A stretch of 47,374 nucleotides of DNA, taken from Caballeronia sp. Its GTDB lineage: Bacteria; Pseudomonadota; Gammaproteobacteria; Burkholderiales; Burkholderiaceae. Below are positions 30,279 to 40,250 of this stretch, piece after piece (the first letter of the stretch is position 1; each line of letters begins with the position of its first letter). The translations under genes were made by a program, and so were the position numbers. The stretch covers positions 1 to 47,374 of the forward strand of contig NZ_JBAUSA010000126.1 in the NCBI RefSeq assembly GCF_049581465.1. Reading direction: 5' to 3'. The notes beneath the pieces are model-generated. The model was not told the origin of the DNA, ran no database searches, and saw only the letters and a list, made by a program, of their open reading frames with translations.

Positions 30279-33276
30279 GTTGACGTGCTCCTTCGCTGTC
30301 GTAGAACACCGAGCTGGTTATTTTTGCCGGGATCTGCTTACCGCCCGCAAGCGGAATCATCACCGACTCGCCGATCTTGTCGAGACCGCCCTTGATGACG
30401 GCCATTGCGATCGAACGCTTTAAAATGGGGCTGTAGTAGCTCGACGTGACGTGACCGAGCATGGGAGCGGTATCTCCACTGAACGGACCCGCGACGATCT
30501 GGGATCCCTCCGGGACGACGAACGAAGCATCGTCGGTCAGTAGTCCGACCAGTTGCTTGCGTCCCGCTTTCGCCGTGTCCGAACGCGTGAGCGAGCGCTT
30601 GCCCAAGAAGTCCTTCGACTTCGCGACCAGGCCGCCCATGCCGACGTCGTACGGCGTCATCGAGCCGTCCGTATCCTGCCCCACGATGATATAGCCCTTC
30701 TCCGCGCGCAATACGTGCATGGTTTCCGTTCCGTACGGCGTGATGTCGAACTCGGCGCCGGCAGCCATCAGCGCTTCCCACACCGCGCGCCCGACGTTCG
30801 CCGGCACGTTCACTTCGTAGGCGAGTTCACCCGAGAAACTGATTCGCATGATGCGCGATGCAGCCCCCGCCACGGTTCCTTCGCGATAGCTCATGAACGG
30901 AAAAGCTGCGTTGGCGAAGTCGATGTCGCGACACACCTTTTGCAAGACCTTCCGGCTGTTCGGGCCCACCACCGCGAAGGTCGCCCAATGGTCCGTCACC
31001 GAGGCGAGGCGCACGCGCATGTCGGGCCATTCCGTCTGCAGCCAGCGTTCGAGCCACGTCAGGACGCGCGCCGCGCCGCCAGTCGTGGTCGTCATCATGT
31101 AGTGCTGGTCGGCGAGACGCACCGTCACGCCGTCGTCGAATATCATGCCGTTCTCGTCGAGCATCAGCCCATAGCGGCACTTGCCCACTTCCAGCTTGCT
31201 CCACGGATTCGTATAAACCCAGTTGAGCAACTTGGCCGAGTCGGGGCCTTGAATGTCGATCTTGCCGAGCGTCGATGCATCGAGAATACCGACGCTCGTG
31301 CGGGTTGCCAGTGATTCACGCGCCACCGCTGCGTGCATGTCCTCGCCGTTCTTCGGGTAGTACCAGGGCCGTTTCCAGTTGCCGACGTCTTCGAACGCGG
31401 CACCGTTTTCCACGTGCCATTCGTGCACGGCGGTCTTGCGCACCGGATCGAGGAACTCGCCCAGTTCGCGCCCTGCGAACGTGCCGAATGTTACCGGCGT
31501 GTAGTTCGGGCGGAACGTCGTCGTGCCGGTTTCCGGGATCGTCTTGTTCAAGGCGAGCGCCAGGATCGCCATGCCGTTGATGTTGCCGAGCTTGCCCTGA
31601 TCCGTGCCGAAGCCCATTGCCGTATAGCGCTTGACGTGCTCGACAGACTCGAAGCCTTCGCGTGCGGCGAGGAAGATATCCGCCGCCGATACATCGTTTT
31701 GGAAGTCGATGAATTGCTTAGGACCCCGTGTTGCCGTTTCGCGGCCACCGACCAGCCACAGCGGCATGATCGGGGCTTCGCTGATCTCGGCAACCCTTAC
31801 CGGGTTCGGACGCGCAACGATCAAGCCTGCTGCGCGCGCCGCATCCACGCCGGCGTCCACGGCGAAGCGAATGCTCCGCGCAAGAGTGAATTCGCCCGCG
31901 CATCCGCCTACGCTGGTTTCCGCCTGCATGGCCTTGCCGGGAACGAAGCACAGCTTCTCGTCGTGCCAGTGAGCCTTGCCGCCCGATTGCGCGAACAGAT
32001 GCAGGATCGGACTCCAGCCGCCCGACATGGCGAGCAGGTCGCAAGCGAGGTCTGCCTGCTTCGCGCCCACCGTGCCATTCGAATAATCGCTGACTTCAAC
32101 CGACGACACGCGCAGCTTGCCATGAGCGACGCTCACCACGGAGCCGTTGAGCACCTTCACGCCGTGTCGTTTCGCTTGCGTCTGCAATGCGCCGTTGCCG
32201 TCGCCAGCACGCGGGTCGATCACCGTTACTTGCGCGCCGGCCGTCTTCAGGTCGAGTGCGCATTGGTAGCCGCTGTCGTTGTTCGTGAAGACGACCGCAT
32301 TGCGTCCCGGCACCACCGCATAGCGATTGATATAGGCCGACACCGACGACGCCAGCATCACACCTGGCAAGTCGTTGTTGCCAAACACAAGGGGACGTTC
32401 CTGCGCGCCGGTCGCGAGCACCACGCGCTTTGCACGAACCTTCCACATCAGTTCGCGCGTGCCGTGGCTCTTGCGTATCGATACCGGCAAGTGGTCTGTC
32501 AGCCGCTGCGTGATCGTGACCAGGTTGTGATCCTGATAGCCGAACGCCGTGCTGCGAGAAAGGATCTTCACTTCCGGCATCTTGCGCAGTTCGGCTTCGA
32601 TCTTGTGCGCCCACTTCAGCCCGGGAACGCCGTCGATCTCCGTGCGGCACGACAACAGCGAACCACCCAGCTCGGGCTGGTCATCGACCAGGATCACGCG
32701 TGCGCCGGACAAGGCGGCCGTATGCGCCGCAGCCAGTCCCGAAGGCCCGCCACCCACCACGAGGATGTCGCAATGCGCGAAGCACTTGTCGTAGCGGTCT
32801 GCGTCGAGATGCTCGGGCGCCTTGCCGAGACCCGCTGCGTCGCGGATCACTTCTTCGTACTTCGGCCAGAACTTACGCGGCCACATGAAGGTCTTGTAGT
32901 AGAAGCCAGCCGGGATAAACCGCGCGAACTTCTGGTTCACGGCCATGCGATCTTTTTCGATGCTCGGCTTCGCGTTCACGCTGGTCGCGACCAGTCCTTG
33001 ATACAACTCGATTTCTGTGGCGCGTGCGTTCGGCACCGTATGTGCGCCGGTTTCGAGCTGAACAACGGCATTCGGTTCAGCGACGTCCGCCGTCACAATG
33101 CCGCGCGGCCGATGGTATTTCCAGCTGCGCGCGACAAAATGCACACCGTTGGCGAGCAGCGCGGAAGCGAGCGTGTCGCCCTGATGGCCCGTGTAGGTCT
33201 TGCCGTTGAACGTGAACGTGAGGAGAATCGCGCGGTTGATGCGCCCGCCCGTGGCGAGTCGGTCTTTCTGGCTCAT
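30268..33276 (-). CDS. soxA: Sarcosine oxidase alpha subunit
   Basis: GDTLASALLANG, KYHRPRGI, GGGPSG, EHVKRYT.MG.GTDQGK, GcvT-like C-terminal half. Confidence 0.96.
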   Translation of the reverse strand: MSQKDRLATGGRINRAILLTFTFNGKTYTGHQGDTLASALLANGVHFVARSWKYHRPRGIVTADVAEPNAVVQLETGAHTVPNARATEIELYQGLVATSVNAKPSIEKDRMAVNQKFARFIPAGFYYKTFMWPRKFWPKYEEVIRDAAGLGKAPEHLDADRYDKCFAHCDILVVGGGPSGLAAAHTAALSGARVILVDDQPELGGSLLSCRTEIDGVPGLKWAHKIEAELRKMPEVKILSRSTAFGYQDHNLVTITQRLTDHLPVSIRKSHGTRELMWKVRAKRVVLATGAQERPLVFGNNDLPGVMLASSVSAYINRYAVVPGRNAVVFTNNDSGYQCALDLKTAGAQVTVIDPRAGDGNGALQTQAKRHGVKVLNGSVVSVAHGKLRVSSVEVSDYSNGTVGAKQADLACDLLAMSGGWSPILHLFAQSGGKAHWHDEKLCFVPGKAMQAETSVGGCAGEFTLARSIRFAVDAGVDAARAAGLIVARPNPVRVAEISEAPIMPLWLVGGRETATRGPKQFIDFQNDVSAADIFLAAREGFESVEHVKRYTAMGFGTDQGKLGNINGMAILALALNKTIPETGTTTFRPNYTPVTFGTFAGRELGEFLDPVRKTAVHEWHVENGAAFEDVGNWKRPWYYPKNGEDMHAAVARESLATRTSVGILDASTLGKIDIQGPDSAKLLNWVYTNPWSKLEVGKCRYGLMLDENGMIFDDGVTVRLADQHYMMTTTTGGAARVLTWLERWLQTEWPDMRVRLASVTDHWATFAVVGPNSRKVLQKVCRDIDFANAAFPFMSYREGTVAGAASRIMRISFSGELAYEVNVPANVGRAVWEALMAAGAEFDITPYGTETMHVLRAEKGYIIVGQDTDGSMTPYDVGMGGLVAKSKDFLGKRSLTRSDTAKAGRKQLVGLLTDDASFVVPEGSQIVAGPFSGDTAPMLGHVTSSYYSPILKRSIAMAVIKGGLDKIGESVMIPLAGGKQIPAKITSSVFYDSEGARQHVE

Positions 33277-33575
33277 TTCGGTTGTCCTTCTTCTTTCGTG
33301 TCCATCACGGCAAGCGGCCGCGCGAACGTGTCATAGCCCTGGAATTCGTAGCTCACCGTATCGCGTTGCGCCATGAACCAGCGGCGGCAACCTTGCGTGT
33401 GCATCCATTGTTCGCGATGCACGCCGCGCGGGTTCTTGCGCATGAAGAGGTAGTCGCCCCATTCCTTGTCGGTCAGCTTTTCGGTGTCGAGCGGTCTCGC
33501 GATATCGGCTTCACCACCGCACGAGAATTCGCTTTCGGCGCGTGGCCCGCACCAGGGGCATTCAATCAGCAACAT
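33273..33575 (-). CDS. soxD: Sarcosine oxidase delta subunit
   Basis: CPWCGPR.E.EF and H..GCRRWF zinc motif. Confidence 0.95.
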   Translation of the reverse strand: MLLIECPWCGPRAESEFSCGGEADIARPLDTEKLTDKEWGDYLFMRKNPRGVHREQWMHTQGCRRWFMAQRDTVSYEFQGYDTFARPLAVMDTKEEGQPK

Positions 33576-33673
33576 GTCATTTCTCCGGTGTCGACCAGAG
33601 TCGGCGTGTCGGCTGGAGTTGGCGCTTCAGCGCTTACTCCAGCCCCATAGCGACTTACTCTGGTCCCATGGCG

Positions 33674-34918
33674 TTAGTGGGCGACGGCGGCAGCGCCGTG
33701 TTCGTCGATAAGATGGCCGGTGTAAAAGCGGTCGATCGAGAACGCCGCGTTGAGCGCATGCGGTTCGTCGTGCGCGATGGTGTGCGCGAAGGCCCAGCCG
33801 GAACCAGGCGTCGCCTTGAAGCCGCCCGTGCCCCAGCCGCAGTTGAAGTACAAGCCCTTGACATCGGTCTTGGTGATGATCGGGCACGCATCTGGCGACA
33901 GGTCTACGATCCCGCCCCACTGCCGGTTCATGCGCACGCGCGAGAACACCGGGAACATCTCGACGATTGCCTGGAGCGTCGCTTCGATAGTCTGAAAGCT
34001 GCCGCGCTGACCGAAGCCGGTGTATTGATCCACGCCGGCGCCAATCACGAGATCGCCCTTGTCGGACTGACTGATGTACGCGTGCACCGCGTTCGACATC
34101 ACCACCGTGTTGACCACGGGCTTGATCGGTTCGGAGACGAGTGCCTGCAGCGGGTGGCTTTCCAGCGGAAGACGAAGGCCGGCCATATCGGCGAGTGTGG
34201 ACGTGTTGCCTGCGGTTACCACGGCCACTTTCTTGGCCTTGATGAAACCTTTGGTTGTATCGACGCCAGTCACCTGGCTGCCGTTGCGGCGAATCCCCGT
34301 GACCTGGCAGTTCTGCACAATGTCCACGCCGGCCTGATCCGCGCCGCGTGCGTAGCCCCATGCCACCGCGTCGTGACGTGCAACGCCGCCGCGACGTTGT
34401 ATGGATGCTCCCAGCACCGGATAGCGGCTATTCAAGTTGATGGTCGGCTCGATCTCCTTGATCTGTGCCGGCGTAAGAAACTCGGCATCGACGCCATTCA
34501 ACCGGTTCGCGTTCACACGACGCTCAGTATCCCTCACGTCCTGCAGGGTATGCGCGAGGTTCATCACGCCGCGCTGGCTGAACATCACGTTGTAGTTGAG
34601 ATCCTGCGAGAGCCCTTCCCAAAGCTGCATCGCCTTCTCATACAGCGCGGCCGACTCGTCCCACAGGTAGTTCGAGCGCACGATGGTCGTATTGCGCGCC
34701 GTATTGCCGCCACCAATCCAGCCCTTCTCGAGCACGGCGATGTTACGCACGCCGTGTTCCTTCGCCAGATAGTAGGCAGTGGCCAGACCATGCCCGCCGC
34801 CGCCGACGATCACCACGTCATATTCCTGCTTCGGCTCCGGGCTTTTCCACTGGCGTTCCCAGTTCTCGTGATACGACATGCCGTTGCGCAGCAGGCTGAA
34901 TATCGAATAGCGGCTCAT
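33674..34918 (-). CDS. soxB: Sarcosine oxidase beta subunit
   Basis: [44 protein letters not shown]. Confidence 0.96.
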   Translation of the reverse strand: MSRYSIFSLLRNGMSYHENWERQWKSPEPKQEYDVVIVGGGGHGLATAYYLAKEHGVRNIAVLEKGWIGGGNTARNTTIVRSNYLWDESAALYEKAMQLWEGLSQDLNYNVMFSQRGVMNLAHTLQDVRDTERRVNANRLNGVDAEFLTPAQIKEIEPTINLNSRYPVLGASIQRRGGVARHDAVAWGYARGADQAGVDIVQNCQVTGIRRNGSQVTGVDTTKGFIKAKKVAVVTAGNTSTLADMAGLRLPLESHPLQALVSEPIKPVVNTVVMSNAVHAYISQSDKGDLVIGAGVDQYTGFGQRGSFQTIEATLQAIVEMFPVFSRVRMNRQWGGIVDLSPDACPIITKTDVKGLYFNCGWGTGGFKATPGSGWAFAHTIAHDEPHALNAAFSIDRFYTGHLIDEHGAAAVAH

Positions 34919-34963
34919 GGTGTTTCCTTAAACTTGTTGACCTTGCCTACTAACCCAGAAAAA

Positions 34964-36367
34964 TCAGCACTCGATGACGTTCACGGCCAACCCGCCGCGC
35001 GACGTCTCCTTGTATTTCGTCTTCATGTCCGCGCCGGTTTCGCGCATTGTCTTGATTACGTTGTCGAGCGAGACGTAGTGCGAACCATCGCCTTTCATCG
35101 CCAGGCGGGCGGCGTTGAGCGCCTTGATCGCGCCCATTGCGTTGCGCTCGATGCACGGAATCTGCACAAGGCCGCCAACCGGATCGCAGGTCAGGCCGAG
35201 GTTGTGTTCCATGCCGATCTCAGCGGCGCTTTCCACTTGCGCGGGCGTGCCACCCATCACGGCGGCGAGCGCGGCGGCGGCCATCGAACACGCGACGCCG
35301 ACCTCACCCTGGCAGCCCACCTCGGCGCCCGAAATCGACGCCGTTTCCTTGTAGATGATCCCGATCGCCGCGGCCGTCAGCAGGAACGTGACAATGCCCG
35401 CGTCGTTCGAGTTGTGCATGAACTTGACGTAGTAGTGCAGCACGGCAGGAATCACGCCGGCCGCGCCGTTCGTCGGCGCCGTCACCACGCGCCCGCCCGC
35501 TGCGTTCTCCTCGTTCACGGCCATTGCGTACAGGTTGACCCAGTCGAGCATCGACAGCGGATCGCGCAAGGACTCTTCCGACCGGTTACGCAGTTGCGCA
35601 TTGAGATCGGCGGCACGGCGCTTGACTCGCATCGGGCCGGGCAACTCGCCTTGTGCTTTGCAGCCGCGCTCCACGCACGCCGACATCACGCGCCAGATCG
35701 CAAGCAGTCCTTCGCGGACTTCACGCTCGGGACGCGACGCGCATTCGTTCGCGAGCGTGATCTCGGCAATCGACAAGCCGGTCTCGCGGCACACGCGCAT
35801 CAGGTCATCGCCCGTGCGAAACGGATAGGGCACCTCGCCGCCCTGTTGCACGCCGTTGACCCGATCGCCTTCGCGATTGATCACGAATCCGCCACCGACC
35901 GAGTAGTACTCTTTTTCCACCAGCAACTGGCTGTTTTCATCGAAGGCCTGGAAGCGCATGCCATTCGGATGAACGACGTTCGCGGCCATAGCGCCGGGCG
36001 CGCCCGGCATCAGCTTGCGGAAAAAGCCGAGATGCTCGCGCTCGTCGAATTTCACCGTGTGCTTGCCGAGCAGGTTGAGCGTCCTCGTGTCGCGCATCTC
36101 CCGCAGACGCGACTCGATCGCATCCGGATCGATCGTGTCGGGGAGATTGCCTTCGAGACCGAGCAGAACCGCTTTATCGGTTCCATGTCCTTTGCCCGTC
36201 GAGCCCAGCGAGCCGAACAGCTCCACCCGCACGCGACGCACGAACGCAAGCAGATTTGCATCTTCGACGTGCGACGCGAAGCGGCACGCCGCGATCATCG
36301 GGCCGACCGTGTGCGAGCTCGAAGGACCGATGCCAACCTTGAACAGATCGAATACGCTGACATTCAT
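34964..36367 (-). CDS. sdaA: Fe-S L-serine ammonia-lyase
   Basis: [43 protein letters not shown]. Start moved to ATG 36367 (MNVSVFDLF). Confidence 0.95.
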   Translation of the reverse strand: MNVSVFDLFKVGIGPSSSHTVGPMIAACRFASHVEDANLLAFVRRVRVELFGSLGSTGKGHGTDKAVLLGLEGNLPDTIDPDAIESRLREMRDTRTLNLLGKHTVKFDEREHLGFFRKLMPGAPGAMAANVVHPNGMRFQAFDENSQLLVEKEYYSVGGGFVINREGDRVNGVQQGGEVPYPFRTGDDLMRVCRETGLSIAEITLANECASRPEREVREGLLAIWRVMSACVERGCKAQGELPGPMRVKRRAADLNAQLRNRSEESLRDPLSMLDWVNLYAMAVNEENAAGGRVVTAPTNGAAGVIPAVLHYYVKFMHNSNDAGIVTFLLTAAAIGIIYKETASISGAEVGCQGEVGVACSMAAAALAAVMGGTPAQVESAAEIGMEHNLGLTCDPVGGLVQIPCIERNAMGAIKALNAARLAMKGDGSHYVSLDNVIKTMRETGADMKTKYKETSRGGLAVNVIEC

Positions 36368-36508
36368 TTGGGGGCCTTGTTCTCTGCGTTGCAATGCGGT
36401 TTCAATAGGGTGTCATTTCACCGCACGCCGATTTCGGCTGATAGAACAAAACCGGCATCACACTGTGATAGCCGCGTCAGCCGGGAAAACCCAGGGTGGG
36501 CAGCGGCG

Positions 36509-36550
36509 CGTTCAGGCGGAATCGCGACGGAAACTGGCAGGTGTGCGACG
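36509..36550 (-). promoter_or_regulatory. Putative SouR/GbdR-type tandem box upstream of sdaA-sox
   Basis: Minus strand CGTCGCACACCTGCCAGTTTC-CGTCGCGATTCCGCCTG, half-sites 21 bp apart. Confidence 0.5.
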
Positions 36551-36839
36551 CCGCACAGGTCCCGTCACGGCAGTGAGCGCCGGCGACTAGCGGCGGTAAG
36601 CCGACGGGTTAGCGGGAGCGCTAAATGTGTACTGTCTGATGAATGTGCGGCTGGACGTGAATTCGTCAGACGGTTGAAGGCATGTAAAAATTGCTGTTAG
36701 CAGCGATACAACACTTTCAATGCAAGCGCGGTTTAACTTAGCGACTTAAAGAAACGCTGCGCTAAACTATCCCGGCATTATGAAATGCGCCCGTTGTCCA
36801 TTTAAACCCGTCAAAACTCTCGCCCATCAGGTTAGTACC

Positions 36840-36974
36840 ATGAACAATGTTCTGAAGAAAGTGCTTGCAGTCCTTATCGTTGCTGCGGTTGCCGCTCCGG
36901 CCGTGTCGTTCGCGAAGACGACGCATCACCACCACACCACCAAGGCGAAGCACGTGGCTCACACCGCGCATTAA
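36840..36974 (+). CDS. 44-aa exported His/Lys-rich micropeptide
   Basis: MNNVLKK-VLAVLIVAAVAAPAVSFA signal peptide then KTTHHHHTTKAKHVAHTAH; host-like codons; own terminator. Confidence 0.75.
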   Translation: MNNVLKKVLAVLIVAAVAAPAVSFAKTTHHHHTTKAKHVAHTAH

Positions 36975-37033
36975 TTTCGCCTGGGCGCTGATCCGCGTCG
37001 CAACGAATTCTGGGCGTTATTCCCACCCGGAGC

Positions 37034-37071
37034 AACGGCCTGTCTCGCAAGAGGCCGGCCGTTTTCTTTTT
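37034..37071 (+). terminator. Intrinsic terminator of the micropeptide gene
   Basis: AACGGCCTGTCTC-GCAA-GAGGCCGGCCGTT stem with GNRA loop, then TTCTTTTT. Confidence 0.8.
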
Positions 37072-37187
37072 GCGCGCGAGCCGATGCGCGCGAGAGCGAC
37101 TTTTTAGCCGCTGCAACTGCGGTGATATGCTGATTATCCCTTTGGCCGAAATTTCATTGAGTACGGTCATCAATCCACGGCAATTGC

Positions 37188-38291
37188 ATGAACCCCGCAG
37201 ACCATCTTCCCGCCCAGTCGCCCGATTCGACGCTTAAACAGCGCATCCGCTTTGGAATCCTGTTGTTGCCGAACTTTACGCTGACGGCGTTTTCCGGCTT
37301 CGTTGATTTATTGCGTCTTTCCGCCGACGAGGGGGATTTCAGCAAGCCCGTGCGTTGCTCGTGGAGCGTGATTGGGGAAACGCTCGCCCCTGTACGCGCG
37401 AGCTGTGGCATTCAGATTACGCCGTGGGAGACCTTCGAGAACGCGGAGCCATTCGACTATGTGGTGGTCGTTGGCGGCTTATTGCATTCGGGCCCGGGCG
37501 CGAGCGACGCGACATTGCAATTTATCCGCCGTGCCGCCACGACTAACGCGACGCTCGTGGGCATTTGCACGGGTGTATTTGCGCTGATGCGTGCGGGCGT
37601 CCTGGATGGTTATCGGATCTGCGTGAGCTGGTTTCATTATTGGGATTTTGTAGAGCGTTTTCCCGGCGTGAATGAAGAAGCGCTGGTGGCGGACCGTCTC
37701 TTCGTGATGGATCACCGGCGCATCACGTGTTCGGGCGGCCGCGCGTCGATCGATGTCGCTGCGGCAATCCTGTTGCGCCATTTCGAGGCTGCGACGGTCC
37801 AGAAAGCGCTGCGCATCCTGCTGGTCGATGACATGCAGAAGGGCAACGCACCGCAGCCGCATCCGCCGGGGTTGGCACCGGCCGCGCATCCCAAGGTCAA
37901 GCGTGCGATCCTGCTCATGGAGCAGCACGTGGGGCGTTCGTTGACGCTGGATGAGCTTGCGCACAAGCTGGATCTGTCAACGCGGCAGTTGGAGCGCCTG
38001 TTCAAGGCTGAGACGGGCAAGGCGCCGCAAGCGTATGCAAAGCAGGTGAGATTGCGCACCGCAGCGTGGTTGCTGACGAGCTCGGATAAGACTGTGGCAG
38101 ACATTGCATCGAGTTGCGGGTTTTCGGACGCGTCGCACCTTGGGCGGGAATTCCGCAAGCAGTTTGGGTTACCGCCGATTATGTATCGCGACCAGCGGGG
38201 TGCAGCGCCGGATGATGCCGCGGGCATCGCTACGGTGGGCTTGGCGGCCGGTTTTGATGAGACCTTTCCGGGGCGGGCGCAAGCATTTTGA
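37188..38291 (+). CDS. souR: GATase1-AraC (GlxA family) regulator, probably SouR-like (sarcosine)
   Basis: PNFTLTAFSGFVDLLRLSADEGD, ICTG, AraC HTH; divergent from sdaA-sox. Family is secure; the souR name rests on context. Confidence 0.65.
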   Translation: MNPADHLPAQSPDSTLKQRIRFGILLLPNFTLTAFSGFVDLLRLSADEGDFSKPVRCSWSVIGETLAPVRASCGIQITPWETFENAEPFDYVVVVGGLLHSGPGASDATLQFIRRAATTNATLVGICTGVFALMRAGVLDGYRICVSWFHYWDFVERFPGVNEEALVADRLFVMDHRRITCSGGRASIDVAAAILLRHFEAATVQKALRILLVDDMQKGNAPQPHPPGLAPAAHPKVKRAILLMEQHVGRSLTLDELAHKLDLSTRQLERLFKAETGKAPQAYAKQVRLRTAAWLLTSSDKTVADIASSCGFSDASHLGREFRKQFGLPPIMYRDQRGAAPDDAAGIATVGLAAGFDETFPGRAQAF

Positions 38292-38294
38292 TGG

Positions 38295-38619
38295 GGGCGG
38301 GGGCGCTGCTCGCGGAGAGTGTGGGGGGAGGTTTTTGGCGGTGCTGCTCGCGGCGGGTGTGGGGCTAGGATTGAGTCCTTCTGCTAGCGTGGTCGTTCTG
38401 CATAAGTAGTATTTTCTTGCTTATTACTGTTAGCCCCTATCCGGGGCGGGACTTCATTTCTTTGCAAACGCGCAAAGAAACGCGTTTTAAACCGCCAATT
38501 TTTAAGTGTCGTCGTTGCTCAATTTCAGGTTTTTGGCACGAACGTAGCACGGCACCCACGTATCAACGCCCAGTCGAACACCCACCCCTAATTCAAACGG
38601 CGCGCATACGCTTCGCCTC
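38295..38619. repeat. Structured repeat copy B (inverted relative to A and C), left arm of the doublet
   Basis: Reverse complement aligns with 38877-39201 and 1-208; lacks one 13-nt unit of the core tandem. Confidence 0.93.
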
Positions 38620-38876
38620 AAAGGCCCTACATCCGTGGTCGTCCGCGCTCTCGCACCATCAAAGTCTATGGTCCGCGCTCATCTACCCCGCTTGGGACAG
38701 CCCAGACCCAAAACAACCAAACGCAAACCCCACTGGTTTGCCGCCAACCAGCCACCCCTAGTGCCAGCCTCATTGCCGGCCTCTTAGCACCCTCATTGCC
38801 GGCCTTAGCGCGCGGTATTGCGCACCTTAGCGGTGGCGTTGCCGCTAGCGGTAGCGGCAACGGGATTGGCGCGGTC

Positions 38877-39201
38877 GAGGCGAAGCGTGTGCGCGCCGCT
38901 GGTGCTTGAGGGTGGTGTTCGACTGCGGGTTAAGGTTTCGGGGGCCGCGCTACGTTCGTGCCAAAAACCTGAAATGACGAACGACGACACTGAGGTATTC
39001 GCGGTTTGAACGCGTTTCTTTGCTTCGTTTCTTTGCGCGTTTGCAAAGAAATGAAGTCCCGCCCCGGATAGGGGCTAACAGTAATAAGCAAGAAAATACT
39101 ACTCATGCAGAACGACCACGCGAGCAGAAGGTCTCAATGCTAGCCCCACACTCGCCGCGAACAGCACCCCCTCCACACTCCCCGCGAGCAGCACCCCGTC
39201 C
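38877..39201. repeat. Structured repeat copy C, right arm of the doublet
   Basis: Direct copy of A (97-bp perfect match) and inverted copy of B, e.g. GCTACGTTCGTGCCAAAAACCTGAAAT vs ATTTCAGGTTTTTGGCACGAACGTAGC. Confidence 0.95.
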
Positions 39202-39203
39202 AA

Positions 39204-40163
39204 TTACTGGCTGGCCGCCACATAGGCCTTAACAGCGGACAGACCATCTTTGCCATCGAAAGTCTTAACACCGGCTAACCATTTATCGAGCACGGCCGGG
39301 TTCGCCTTAAGCCATTCCCGCGCCGCCAAGTTCGGATCGGTTTTATTCATGATCGGCGTCATCACATGATTCTCAATATCGGTTGAGAAGTGCAGGTTAT
39401 CAACCAGCTTAGCCACATTCGGGCATCGCGCGGCATAGTCCGGCGGCGTCACGGTCATGACCTTGGCCTCTCCATAATTCGCCCCAAAGACATCATCGCC
39501 GCCGCTCAAGTAATCGATCTTCATCGATACATTCATCGGATGCGGCTCCCATCCGAGAAACACAATCCACTTCTTCTCGCGAATCGCGCGCCCGACTTCC
39601 ACCAGCATGCCGGCTTCGCTCGACTCAACCATCTTGAACTTGCCCAATCCATACTGGTTCGAATCGATCATTTTCTTGATCAGCGCGTTGCCGTCATTAC
39701 CCGGCTCAATGCCATAGATCTTGCCGTCAAGCTTGTCGTAGTTCTTGGCGATATCGGCGAAAGACTTCAGACCGCCGCTATAAACGTAGTCCGGCACGGC
39801 AAGCGTATATTTCGCGCCAGTGAGATTAGGCGTCGCCAGCACCTTGACCTGCCCCGCCTTCTCGAACGGCTGGACAATCGGGTCCATGGTCGGCGACCAA
39901 TAGCCAAGGAACACATCGATTTGCTTGTTCTTCACGCCAGCGAATGTGATCGGTACGGAGGCGATGGTCTTGGTCGGCTTGTACCCCAGACCCTCAAGTA
40001 CAGTCGACGCGAGACCGGTAGTCGCGGCAATATCGGTCCAGCCTACATCCGCAAAGCGAACGTCCTGGCACGTCGCGGGCTCAACCGCCATTGCGCTAGT
40101 CGCCATTGCCACGTTCAACAAAATGCCCGCCGCGAACGACGGTGCGACTCCGTAAAGTTTCAT
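39204..40163 (-). CDS. choX: Choline/betaine ABC transporter substrate-binding protein
   Basis: Signal peptide, CQDVRFADVGWTDI, FLGYW.P, YGIEPGNDGN, FLGWEPHPMN. Start moved to ATG 40163 behind GGAG. Confidence 0.92.
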   Translation of the reverse strand: MKLYGVAPSFAAGILLNVAMATSAMAVEPATCQDVRFADVGWTDIAATTGLASTVLEGLGYKPTKTIASVPITFAGVKNKQIDVFLGYWSPTMDPIVQPFEKAGQVKVLATPNLTGAKYTLAVPDYVYSGGLKSFADIAKNYDKLDGKIYGIEPGNDGNALIKKMIDSNQYGLGKFKMVESSEAGMLVEVGRAIREKKWIVFLGWEPHPMNVSMKIDYLSGGDDVFGANYGEAKVMTVTPPDYAARCPNVAKLVDNLHFSTDIENHVMTPIMNKTDPNLAAREWLKANPAVLDKWLAGVKTFDGKDGLSAVKAYVAASQ

Positions 40164-40250
40164 GCTCTCTCCGTTTATTGACCCACACCACACCACACTA
40201 GACGAGACGATGCCGCGCCCACCGGGCGCAACACGCCTGAAATTGGTCCG

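Noticed and set aside
33542..36700. 1052-aa + strand ORF
   Set aside because: Antisense shadow of soxB and sdaA, which are in the same frame with a 45-bp gap; no recognisable motifs. The same applies to 31333-33336, 6338-7786, 9279-10478 and 11967-13118
39001..39097. Exact 39,000-bp offset between window start and the identical copy
   Set aside because: Round number is most likely coincidence; the copies diverge after 97 bp and have different flanks, so it is not a simple duplication artefact
38417..39232. Short ORFs within the repeat doublet (114, 64, 61, 63 and 70 aa)
   Set aside because: Frames are not preserved between copies (13-nt indel, variable spacers), no RBS, no transposase motifs
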